Counted from the first letter of the stretch, positions 1 to 7,142 are shown. The stretch is DNA of 24,000 nucleotides from Oceanospirillaceae bacterium (GCA_015665455.1 JADFAD010000013.1:70918-94917), one strand, 5' to 3'. Notes: generated by a model from the sequence alone, not told the origin. Made by a program: numbers and translations.

Positions 1-204
1 GCAGACTTGCCTCTTTAGGTGGGAAGTTACTCGTTGGTTAAAACTGTATATTTCCATTGTAATTATAAGCTTAGACAGTTGAGATACAATATTTAGAAAT
101 TTTTAATTTCTAATGAAGCTCGTAACTTGGATGATTCATTAGAGCCTTAATTATTAAGAACAGTAACATTGCGCCAAAATTGCTTATTACGTTATCAAAG
201 ATAG

Positions 205-390
205 TTGTATTGGGCAAGTTTCGCAAAAGACTTCAACGGAAACAAAGTCGAACTATATGACCACTTGAGTGAAGAAACAGGTAAAACCTTCCGTGAACTG
301 GGTGGTATTGTTTATGGTGATACGCCAATCACTTATAAATGTGCTGAGAATTCATCAAGCAAATTAGCAGAGCTAAGTAACACTCAATAA
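205..390 (+). pseudogene. Chimeric gene remnant: the last codons of an N-acetylmuramidase gene fused to the last ~50 codons of its partner lipoprotein (immunity-like) gene
   Basis: 61-codon ORF starting at TTG. nt 211-229 are identical to 2592-2610 (WASFAK near the end of the muramidase gene). nt 239-390 align without gaps to 3011-3162 (NGNKVELYDH...AELSNTQ stop), with about 9 mismatches in 152 nt by hand count. Confidence 0.6.
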
Positions 391-486
391 AACAGTTAAT
401 CGATCTTAGGAGGTAGTCTTTAGCCCTCAATACTTCTATTGAAGGTATTTTTCAAACATATGTGTGCACTTATAATTTGAATTCAG
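239..486 (+). repeat. Direct repeat copy 1: 248-bp gap-free duplicate of 3011-3258 (3' end of the lipoprotein gene plus its terminator region)
   Basis: Hand alignment: about 94% identity in the coding part (239-390 vs 3011-3162) and about 84% in the downstream 96 nt (391-486 vs 3163-3258). Confidence 0.75.
424..452 (+). terminator. Degenerate copy of the rho-independent terminator found at 3194-3225
   Basis: CCCTCAATA-cttc-TATTGAAGG (one stem mismatch) followed by TATTTTT. Confidence 0.35.
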
Positions 487-575
487 AGCCAAGTTCACAA
501 CTTTTTCTTAAATAAAGCTTAATAATCAACTTGGTAACTTAAAGGAATAAAGTACGGTACTTTTCAAGGAAGATC

Positions 576-1286
576 ATGGGACGAGTGTTAAATAAAAATA
601 AAGTAGTTATTTTTACAGGCGCAGGGATAAGCGCTGAAAGTGGTATCCGCACATTCAGGGATTCAGACGGCTTATGGAATGAATATCTAGTTGAAGACGT
701 AGCCACACCCGGCGCATGGGCCAGAAACCCGGAACTGGTATTGAATTTCTATAACGATTGCCGCGATCAAATGACAAGCGCCCTACCCAATGCAGCCCAC
801 AAGGCCATTGCTGAACTGGAAGAAAAGTATGAAGTCATCGTCATCACCCAGAATATAGATGACCTGCACGAACGTGCTGGCTCATCCAATGTCATTCATC
901 TACACGGTGAAATTTCGAAAGCACGCAGCTCACTCGATGAAACACTCATTTATGACATTGGCAAGAAAAGAATGACCAAAGATGACACCTGCGAACTTAG
1001 GAGCCCTTTACGGCCGCATATAGTATGGTTTGGCGAGAACATCTTAAATTATGACGAAGCCAGAAATTACATTAAAAACGCGGCACGAGTGCTGGTCGTT
1101 GGGTCATCTTTAAGTGTTTATCCCGCCGCAGGGTTATTAAAAAAAGCCAGCTTTCATGCCGAGAAAGGCATTATTTCTTTAGAGGTCGACAAGGTGCCCT
1201 ATGGATACCAATTTAAACGGGGCAAGGCGTCAAACCTTGTACCCTGCATTGTGGAAAGTTGGTTGAACAGGGAAAGAGCGTTTTAA
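576..1286 (+). CDS. SIR2-family NAD-dependent protein deacylase (short CobB-like sirtuin without Zn-ribbon cysteines)
   Basis: Canonical sirtuin motifs are present: FTGAGISAESGIRTFRD, ITQNIDDLHERAG, HLHGE, RPHIVWFGE, VVGSSLSVYPAAG. AGGAAG RBS lies 5 nt upstream of the ATG. Confidence 0.85.
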   Translation: MGRVLNKNKVVIFTGAGISAESGIRTFRDSDGLWNEYLVEDVATPGAWARNPELVLNFYNDCRDQMTSALPNAAHKAIAELEEKYEVIVITQNIDDLHERAGSSNVIHLHGEISKARSSLDETLIYDIGKKRMTKDDTCELRSPLRPHIVWFGENILNYDEARNYIKNAARVLVVGSSLSVYPAAGLLKKASFHAEKGIISLEVDKVPYGYQFKRGKASNLVPCIVESWLNRERAF

Positions 1287-1317
1287 ACAAGGTACTTAAA
1301 AAACCGAAGGACTGGAT

Positions 1318-1605
1318 TTTGAAAATGAGAATTATACTTAGTTTAGCTAGTTTACCCGTTCTGTTAATGCTTCAAGGTTTTGGGGAGACAAAACTTGAGG
1401 CCTTACAAAAAGATGCTGTCGCATTTTGTGAGGTTCATAAGCTTAGCTCTTGGCAAACATTCTTTTCACAGCAACCTTCAAGCATAAGTGAAGTGGAATC
1501 CGGCTTGTATGATGAACTGGACAACAGGATTGAAAAAGTCATTACAACCTCTGAATTTTCCGAAGTAATAACAGAACTCAATCAGGTTCAATGGCGAAAG
1601 CAGCT
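1318..1605 (+). repeat. Paralogous repeat: 5' ~290 nt of the Cys-pair lipoprotein gene family (decayed copy A')
   Basis: Collinear with 5663-5952, roughly 85% identity by eye. The family ATG is changed to TTG at 1318, and a 3-nt deletion lies near 1378. Confidence 0.7.
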
Positions 1606-1693
1606 TTTAGAACAAACAGGATTGAGCATCTCACCAAACTCAACAGAGTCTCAATTTACCAATTATAAACAAGTGCTAACTAAGTCACTGTAA
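1325..1693 (+). CDS. Decaying paralog (A') of the repeated lipoprotein family; the lipobox Cys is lost, so it is possibly a pseudogene
   Basis: MRIILSLASLPVLLMLQG-FGETKLEALQKDAVAFCEVHKLSSWQ... aligns with the 226-aa protein at 5663-6343. The lipobox LQGC has become LQG through deletion of ctg (ggctgtttt became ggtttt). Similarity to the family stops after WRKQL. The tail (QFTNYKQVLTKS) resembles a later part of the full-length gene (EFYDSLKQVLRE), which implies an internal deletion. Confidence 0.4.
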   Translation: MRIILSLASLPVLLMLQGFGETKLEALQKDAVAFCEVHKLSSWQTFFSQQPSSISEVESGLYDELDNRIEKVITTSEFSEVITELNQVQWRKQLLEQTGLSISPNSTESQFTNYKQVLTKSL

Positions 1694-1799
1694 TTATTAA
1701 AATTTAAAGATAACATCCAGCTCAGTCCTCCTGTTCAGATAAGGACTATTTTAACAATTAATAAATAGTTGTTTAAGACCTCACGAAAAGGAAGTTCGT

Positions 1800-2696
1800 A
1801 TGGCAAGCGTTAGAATAACAGGCTCAGTGGGCCTTAATGCAAAAAATAATATTACTGACATAAAGGCAATTCAATCTTCACTTAATGACCTATTACACCT
1901 CATCCCACCAACAAAAAAATTAGCCGTAGATGGTTCTTTAGGCAGAAAACCAGAAAATTCTAAAACAGTCTCAGCAATTAAATTATACCAACAGAAAGTC
2001 GTTGGTATGGTTCGCCCAGACGCCGTTATTGACCCTAATGGACGTTCACACAGATCTATAAACCTAAAACTAACTCAAAAAGTAACTGTGAAAACAGGAA
2101 CCACACTCCCAGCTGCTAGCCCTAAAAAAGGCATCACAGAAGATGATTATAACAAAGCAGCTAAAAGCTTAGATTGCGAAGTAGCCGTAATAAAAGCAGT
2201 GGCAGAAGTCGAAACATCTGGCGACCCTTTCTTGATATCCGGAAAGCCTAAAATATTATTTGAAGCCCATATTTTCTCTAGAAATACAGGTAACAAATAC
2301 GACACCACAAAAACAAACATATCCTCTCGTAGCTGGAACCGAGCTTTATATAAAGGAGGAGAAAAAGAATATGATCGCTTAAAGGAAGCAATGGAACTAG
2401 ATCGACTAGCCGCCCTTAAATCTGCTTCATGGGGTAGATTCCAAATCATGGGGTTTAACCATAAAGCATCGGGGTTTACAGATGTTGAAAGCTTTGTAAA
2501 AGCTATGTTTAAGTCTGAGGCAGAACACCTAAATGCCTTTGTGAGTTTTATTAAATCAAACAAACTCGATAACAGTTTGAAAAATAAAGACTGGGCAAGT
2601 TTCGCAAAAGGTTACAACGGTAGCTCTTACAAAGAGAATAAATACGATACAAAACTAAAAACTGCCTACGAAAAATTTTCAAAGAAGAAAGGCTAA
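1800..2696 (+). CDS. N-acetylmuramidase family protein (DUF3380/PF11860-like C-terminal domain) with an N-terminal peptidoglycan-binding-like region; candidate cell-wall effector or endolysin-like enzyme
   Basis: C-terminal motifs typical of DUF3380 muramidases are present: AVIKAVAEVETSG, ILFEAHIFSRNTG, SWGRFQIMGFNHKASGF, EHLNAFVSFI, DWASFAKGYNGSSYKENKYDTKL. The N-terminal LAVDGSLGRK...AIKLYQQKV resembles PG_binding_1. There is no signal peptide. AAAAGGAAG RBS is present. Confidence 0.8.
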   Translation: MASVRITGSVGLNAKNNITDIKAIQSSLNDLLHLIPPTKKLAVDGSLGRKPENSKTVSAIKLYQQKVVGMVRPDAVIDPNGRSHRSINLKLTQKVTVKTGTTLPAASPKKGITEDDYNKAAKSLDCEVAVIKAVAEVETSGDPFLISGKPKILFEAHIFSRNTGNKYDTTKTNISSRSWNRALYKGGEKEYDRLKEAMELDRLAALKSASWGRFQIMGFNHKASGFTDVESFVKAMFKSEAEHLNAFVSFIKSNKLDNSLKNKDWASFAKGYNGSSYKENKYDTKLKTAYEKFSKKKG

Positions 2697-2697
2697 C

Positions 2698-3162
2698 ATG
2701 ACACGGAGCTGTCCCATGATTTTTAACTTTTATAAAATTAAACTACTAGCGTCTTTGAGCATTTTTAGTTTATCAGCTTGTGCAGCAACAAATGGCAGTT
2801 GTACAAATTCGGAAGTCTATTTTTCATGCGACTCACCAAAAATCCACGCTGAACTTTGTAAAGACGAAACACAACAATTCCTGATCACCTTAAATGAATC
2901 AAGCACGAAATCAAAAGTAGCATTATCAGGAGAAGCGGATAATCTATTTTCTAAATCAAGTTATCACCGTTTCAAAGTTACGGATCATGTAGTCACCTTC
3001 GACAATAATGGCAACAAAGTCGAACTATATGACCACTTTAGTGAAGAAACAGGTGAAACCTTCCGTGAACTGGGCGTTATTGTTTACGGTGATACACCAA
3101 TCACTTATAAATGTGCTGAGAATTCATCAAGCAAATTAGCTGAGTTAAGTAACACTCAATAA
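2698..3162 (+). CDS. Lipoprotein, putative cognate immunity protein of the muramidase
   Basis: The ATG lies 1 nt after the muramidase stop (TAACATG). A signal peptide with lipobox LSAC is present (LLASLSIFSLSAC). The gene is followed by a strong terminator. Its 3' end is duplicated at 239-390. Confidence 0.7.
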   Translation: MTRSCPMIFNFYKIKLLASLSIFSLSACAATNGSCTNSEVYFSCDSPKIHAELCKDETQQFLITLNESSTKSKVALSGEADNLFSKSSYHRFKVTDHVVTFDNNGNKVELYDHFSEETGETFRELGVIVYGDTPITYKCAENSSSKLAELSNTQ

Positions 3163-3193
3163 GAAAGTTAACCGACCTTAGAAGATAGTCTTT

Positions 3194-3225
3194 AACCCTC
3201 AATATTTCTATTGAGGGTATTTTTC
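3194..3225 (+). terminator. Rho-independent terminator
   Basis: CCCTCAATA (3196-3204), loop tttc, TATTGAGGG (3209-3217), then TATTTTT. Confidence 0.65.
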
Positions 3226-3371
3226 AATCATATTCATGCACTTCTAATTTAAATTCAGGAAGCCTCTTACCTCTCTATCGACTCTGGTTTCAAATCTGTT
3301 TTTGATCGAATCGACCAGTGATATAAATCACGTAAACTAAAGCCAAAGAAAACAAACGCAAGTAAACAATA

Positions 3372-3806
3372 ATGAAGCATCTACTCACCATTTTAATAGC
3401 AATGTTCAGCTCGTTTATTCTTGGCTGTACTTCAGAGGAAACAAGCCCTTCTGAAACGAAATCTAAACAAGCCATTCACCTTTCTGAATCTCAACAATAT
3501 TGTGATTTATACAAACCAAAACGCTGGCTTGAAATGAGAAAAACAATGACTTTTCCTGAAATGGTAGAACACCATAACAAAAGCGTTGAATCGGTCATTC
3601 AAACAAGTGAATTCAGACAGATATTAAGTGGAATTAATGACATTGAACTTTATTCAGTAGGCCATCCTAAAAGAGCCGATAATGCAGAGGCGCTTTATGG
3701 ATATACTGTAAATGAGATTTCAAAACTGACTCATTCAGACTTTTCTTGCCCGAACTTAAAAATCTATTACCAACAACTGTTTATCGACACCTCGTTATCA
3801 CTATGA
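3372..3806 (+). CDS. Lipoprotein, divergent paralog (B) of the repeated Cys-pair lipoprotein family
   Basis: Lipobox FILGC is present. It aligns with 5663-6343 at QQYCDLYKPKRW / AAFCEIHNLNSW, VESVIQTSEF / IEKVIKTSEL and EISKLTHSDFSC / KISKLIKEDWEC, so both Cys are conserved. Confidence 0.65.
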   Translation: MKHLLTILIAMFSSFILGCTSEETSPSETKSKQAIHLSESQQYCDLYKPKRWLEMRKTMTFPEMVEHHNKSVESVIQTSEFRQILSGINDIELYSVGHPKRADNAEALYGYTVNEISKLTHSDFSCPNLKIYYQQLFIDTSLSL

Positions 3807-3823
3807 AATTAACGAATTGGATT

Positions 3824-3967
3824 ATGAAAACAAAGCCTTTAATTGGTTTAATCACCTTACCCGTTCTGTTAATTCTTCAAGGCTGTTTTGGGGAGACAAA
3901 ACTTGAGCATGAACGGGCAGAGAACGCCGAATTACTTAAGAGATTACGAGATGCTGAGTTGAAGTAA
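3824..3967 (+). pseudogene. Chimeric 47-codon ORF: the 5' 84 nt of the lipoprotein family fused to a tail homologous to the 3' end of the NTase-HEPN gene
   Basis: 3824-3908 is nearly identical to 5663-5746 (MKTKPLIGLITLPVLLILQGCFGETKLE). The tail at 3909-3967 (HERAENAELLKRLRDAELK stop) aligns in frame with the minus-strand 9491-9408 (ERERAEK[EAAQKQL]EEALKKLRDAGLE stop). Confidence 0.55.
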
Positions 3968-4325
3968 ATTGATAAATATCTATATACGCTCTGCTTTCAA
4001 TCATGACGTAACAAAATAACTAACCAGTTAACACCTTCGAAACCTGACCATTGAAACACAAAAATATATAAGACTATGATGTCTAATTAAGGTTTATGGA
4101 TTAAACCTCTCTTACAAGATCAATTAGAACGCCACTTAAACACAAGGAAACGTGGAATGATCAATCAAGGTCCATTCATCCCTCTGCCACGACCAAACAA
4201 CCCCACCCCGCTTCAATTGGTTTGAACAACAAGCAAGAGAGTATCACTTCAACAAAGCATTTAGTGCTCGAAAGAATGAAAGCAAAGTAAAAAGGCAAAC
4301 TAGGCAAGAAACGTTCAATATAGAT

Positions 4326-4865
4326 ATGGAGCACCTTAAGAAAGAGCGCATTAGAATTGCGGCTATTGCCAGTTTACAGCACGACCTAGAAGACTACAGA
4401 GCAGGAAACTTAAGCGAAGATGTAGATGATATGGCTTCAGAAAAGCATCATCCAACAAAGAAGCTTGCTAATAACCTAAGAGCCGTAAACGAACCGAAGC
4501 CAAGCCTAAATCATGACCCTCACCATATAATCATGGGCAAAGGACGGTGGCAGGCAATGCAAATGATGAATGCACGATTAACATTGCACATACACGGCAT
4601 TGGTATTAATGACCCCATCAATGGAGTCTGGCTTCCTCGAAATAAAAAAGATAAAGGACACTTGACAACGCCTAAAGCCCCAGCACATAAAGTGATTCAC
4701 CGCTTTAATTATGAAACTTGGATCTCATATAATCTTGGCTCGGTAGATATTCCCGAACATGTTTTTCGAAACCGACTAAAAGCCATTAAACACGGCCTTA
4801 AATATGGTGGTTACCCACTGAAGATTATTGAGAAAAAAGATAAAAACTGGATAGGTGCTGAGTAG
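4326..4865 (+). CDS. AHH-family (HNH/Endonuclease VII fold) nuclease toxin domain protein, probably an orphan C-terminal toxin module
   Basis: The motif layout matches the AHH family: DPHHIIMG ... GIGINDPINGVWLPR ... HKVIHRFNYETW. The reading frame stays open for 55 codons upstream (from 4161) with no ATG, GTG or TTG. Confidence 0.65.
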   Translation: MEHLKKERIRIAAIASLQHDLEDYRAGNLSEDVDDMASEKHHPTKKLANNLRAVNEPKPSLNHDPHHIIMGKGRWQAMQMMNARLTLHIHGIGINDPINGVWLPRNKKDKGHLTTPKAPAHKVIHRFNYETWISYNLGSVDIPEHVFRNRLKAIKHGLKYGGYPLKIIEKKDKNWIGAE

Positions 4866-4867
4866 CA

Positions 4868-5443
4868 ATGGACGTATATCAAATTAAATTTATTCCTGAG
4901 CGTTTCAAAGCGTTTCAGCTCGACTTATTAGACCTTTCTAAACAATTAGGAAAAACAAAACAACTAAGAGAACTAATGCGTCAGCCTATCACTAACGAAT
5001 CTTGGGTTGATATATGGAATGGAGAAATTAAGGGAGACTTTAAAAAATTATCTCCAAAAAGCACTGAAATACCGGATATTTCGTGGTGGTATCACAACAA
5101 GCTAATTCTAACTGAAAAAGCGCATTCTGTTCTTAAAGACTACCTGCAACCAGACGGTGAGTTTCTACCTGTTTTTTCTGAAGGCCAGAAAATGCACGTA
5201 TTCAATTGCCTTTCATTCGCGGAAGAAGACAAAGGGCTTACAGAACAGAAATTCTTGGATGGCTACGAAGATGGACTTAAATCGCTGGCTTTCAATGAAG
5301 CTGATATTAAACCAAGAATGGTCTTTAAGTCCAAGATGGAAGGTTGTAATCGACTTTATGCCCCCCAGAAACTAAAAGACTGTTGTGAAGAGTTTGGCCT
5401 TGAAGGCTTGAGGTTTGACGCGAATTTAATTGACCCCTTTTAG
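4868..5443 (+). CDS. Putative immunity protein for the AHH nuclease (Imm11/DUF1629-like by pattern)
   Basis: It starts 2 nt after the toxin stop (TAGCAATG). There is no signal peptide. The pattern resembles DUF1629/Imm11 proteins that accompany AHH toxins: LILTEKAHSVLKDYLQPDGEFLPV ... VFN ... LKDCCEEFGLEGLRFD. Confidence 0.55.
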   Translation: MDVYQIKFIPERFKAFQLDLLDLSKQLGKTKQLRELMRQPITNESWVDIWNGEIKGDFKKLSPKSTEIPDISWWYHNKLILTEKAHSVLKDYLQPDGEFLPVFSEGQKMHVFNCLSFAEEDKGLTEQKFLDGYEDGLKSLAFNEADIKPRMVFKSKMEGCNRLYAPQKLKDCCEEFGLEGLRFDANLIDPF

Positions 5444-5662
5444 TTGTAGATTCGTTTCTTCTGGCCTAGCCAACGGTTCGTTTTACTTAATAGTCGTGCG
5501 GGGGTTAACTTTTGGGTTATTGCTCTCAGAATGTTATTTACTGAAAAGATAGAGTTTCATTTATTCAAATGAAAACAGAAGTTGGCCAGCCCCATTACAA
5601 TAAATACATGAATTAACCTAATGGCTTGAAGTAAAAACCTATAAATACTACTCGACCAAATT

Positions 5663-5952
5663 ATGAAAACAAAACCTTTAATTGGTTTAATCACCTTACC
5701 CATTCTGTTATTGCTTCAAGGCTGTTTTGGGGAGACAAAGCTAGAGTCGGTACAAAAAGATGCCGCTGCATTTTGTGAGATTCATAACCTTAACTCTTGG
5801 CAAGCGTTCTTTTCACAACAGCCTGCTGGAATCAATGAAGTGGATTCTGGCTTGTATGATGAACTGGACAGCAGAATTGAGAAAGTCATTAAAACCTCTG
5901 AACTTTCAGGAGTAATAACAGAACTCAATCAGGTTCAATGGCGAAAACAACT
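5663..5952 (+). repeat. Master copy of the repeated lipoprotein 5' segment
   Basis: It matches 3824-3908 (84 nt, a few mismatches) and 1318-1605 (about 85% identity by eye). Confidence 0.7.
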
Positions 5953-6343
5953 GTATCCAACTGCTATTGAAAAGATCAGTAAACTAATTAAAGAAGATTG
6001 GGAATGCAGTTATTATGAAGAATTTTACTCAATCAAAGCTGAGAAAGTATCCGATTTTAAACAAGCTGAAACTTTAACTATCAATATCTCGGGTGAGGGC
6101 TTAATTTCTATCGCCCTAGCTCCGCCACAACAAGTTGAGATCACAGAGTTCTACGATTCATTGAAACAAGTGCTCCGTGAACAAGCAATCTCCTCCGTCA
6201 ATATTGCCCCTCATAAAACTACTTCCGCAAAAATCATTGCAGAGATCATGAAAACGGTAGGTAAACTCGGAATTAATGATGTAAATCTGAAAGCAGAGGA
6301 TGAACAATTGGCTGAACTGCAGAACTTATTGAGCCAAGACTGA
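5663..6343 (+). CDS. Lipoprotein, full-length member (A) of the repeated Cys-pair family
   Basis: Signal peptide with lipobox LQGC is present. The gene encodes 226 aa. Its 5' end is repeated at 3824-3908 and 1318-1605. A hairpin follows the gene. Confidence 0.75.
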   Translation: MKTKPLIGLITLPILLLLQGCFGETKLESVQKDAAAFCEIHNLNSWQAFFSQQPAGINEVDSGLYDELDSRIEKVIKTSELSGVITELNQVQWRKQLYPTAIEKISKLIKEDWECSYYEEFYSIKAEKVSDFKQAETLTINISGEGLISIALAPPQQVEITEFYDSLKQVLREQAISSVNIAPHKTTSAKIIAEIMKTVGKLGINDVNLKAEDEQLAELQNLLSQD

Positions 6344-6372
6344 CACTGAAGTTTCTAGAATTTGAAATATCA

Positions 6373-6394
6373 AGGGGCAACCTAGATTGCCCCT
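6373..6394. terminator. Hairpin between convergent genes, a possible bidirectional terminator
   Basis: AGGGGCAA-cctaga-TTGCCCCT (8-bp stem); only a weak T tract follows. Confidence 0.4.
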
Positions 6395-6447
6395 ATCTGT
6401 ATTTACGGTCTTTTAACTCTGGCTGGTAATGGCTTACCTTGAGTTTT

Positions 6448-6693
6448 TTAAAGCTTTATTTCGTCAAACGGAGGCTTTAACAAATCAGCTAAAGGTATAG
6501 ATACATCACCCTTTTTTTCTTCGACCGCATAGAGTTTGCATAAACGGTTAAGTTCTACTTCATACATATACGAACTTTCTTCATGATCGTCAGCGTCTAC
6601 AGTTTCAGATTGGCTTAAGAAATCATTAAATTTAATTGCTTTTTGCAAAGCCTGTATACAAATCGCCAGCGCTTTATCATCTATGTTTAGCAT
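6448..6693 (-). CDS. Hypothetical small acidic protein (81 aa)
   Basis: The ATG directly abuts the stop of the upstream ORF (TAAATG), which suggests translational coupling. No motif was recognised. Confidence 0.5.
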   Translation of the reverse strand: MLNIDDKALAICIQALQKAIKFNDFLSQSETVDADDHEESSYMYEVELNRLCKLYAVEEKKGDVSIPLADLLKPPFDEIKL

Positions 6694-6966
6694 TTATAGG
6701 CCTTTGTTTAATACTATTACGGCCTCTATTAACAAAAATAGTAAAAACAAACCTAATATAGTATTCCTCAAAGTAAGGAATAAAATGGCTCTACCTTGGT
6801 ATTTTTCATTTACATATTCTTTAATGGAAGATCTAGTATTCAAGTAATTAAGTTTCAACATGTCATCTGAGGAAGCTTTCTTTTTACGACCAAGATGAAC
6901 AAAAACGGCCAAAGCTAAATTAAGGCAAACCCCTAACAACATTAAAGAATAAACAATAATATCCAA
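6694..6966 (-). CDS. Hypothetical small membrane protein with two predicted TM helices
   Basis: Hydrophobic segments IIVYSLMLLGVCLNLALAVFVHL and ILFLTLRNTILGLFLLFLLIEAVIVL are present. The start at 6966 is TTG; an alternative ATG lies at 6942. Confidence 0.45.
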   Translation of the reverse strand: MDIIVYSLMLLGVCLNLALAVFVHLGRKKKASSDDMLKLNYLNTRSSIKEYVNEKYQGRAILFLTLRNTILGLFLLFLLIEAVIVLNKGL

Positions 6967-7142
6967 AAATCAATTACCTTAAATTTGAGAATCAATGAAT
7001 ACGAGTAACATTGATAATAGTCCTTATTCACCTGGTATTCTTTCTTCACCCCTACTCAAAATCAAAACCGAAATTGTCTAAGGCAATATTTCGTTGTCAC
7101 CATAAACGCCTGGTGACGAAGGTAATATAAAAAACAGCTCTT

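Noticed and set aside
94-112. 8-bp inverted repeat TAGAAATT-ttt-AATTTCTA
   Set aside because: It is pure AT sequence in AT-rich intergenic DNA, so it is expected by chance, and it has no adjacent gene context.
576-1286. The SIR2 gene as a ThsA/DSR/SIR2-HerA-type defence NADase
   Set aside because: - It has the full canonical deacylase motif set and the compact ~236-aa CobB-like size.
- It has no fused SLOG, TIR, helicase or TM domain and no adjacent HerA-like or pAgo-like partner.
- It is kept only as a low-interest context note.
2147-2563. 138-aa minus-strand ORF
   Set aside because: It is entirely antisense to the muramidase gene, which has clear family motifs.
3290-3475. 61-aa minus-strand ORF
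   Set aside because: It overlaps the start of lipoprotein gene B on the opposite strand, which has a convincing signal peptide and lipobox.
4157-4223. Short ATG ORF (MINQGPFIPLPRPNNPTPLQLV) upstream of the AHH gene
   Set aside because: It is only 22 codons with no RBS. The overlapping frame that continues into the AHH ORF is the more meaningful signal.
5157-5375. 72-aa ORF in another frame of the immunity-like gene
   Set aside because: It is nested inside the longer ORF 4868-5443, which is in the expected position for an immunity gene.
7096-7117. Hairpin GTCACCA-taaacgcc-TGGTGAC as a terminator of the 77-aa gene
   Set aside because: No T-run follows it on the minus strand, so it is not callable as an intrinsic terminator.
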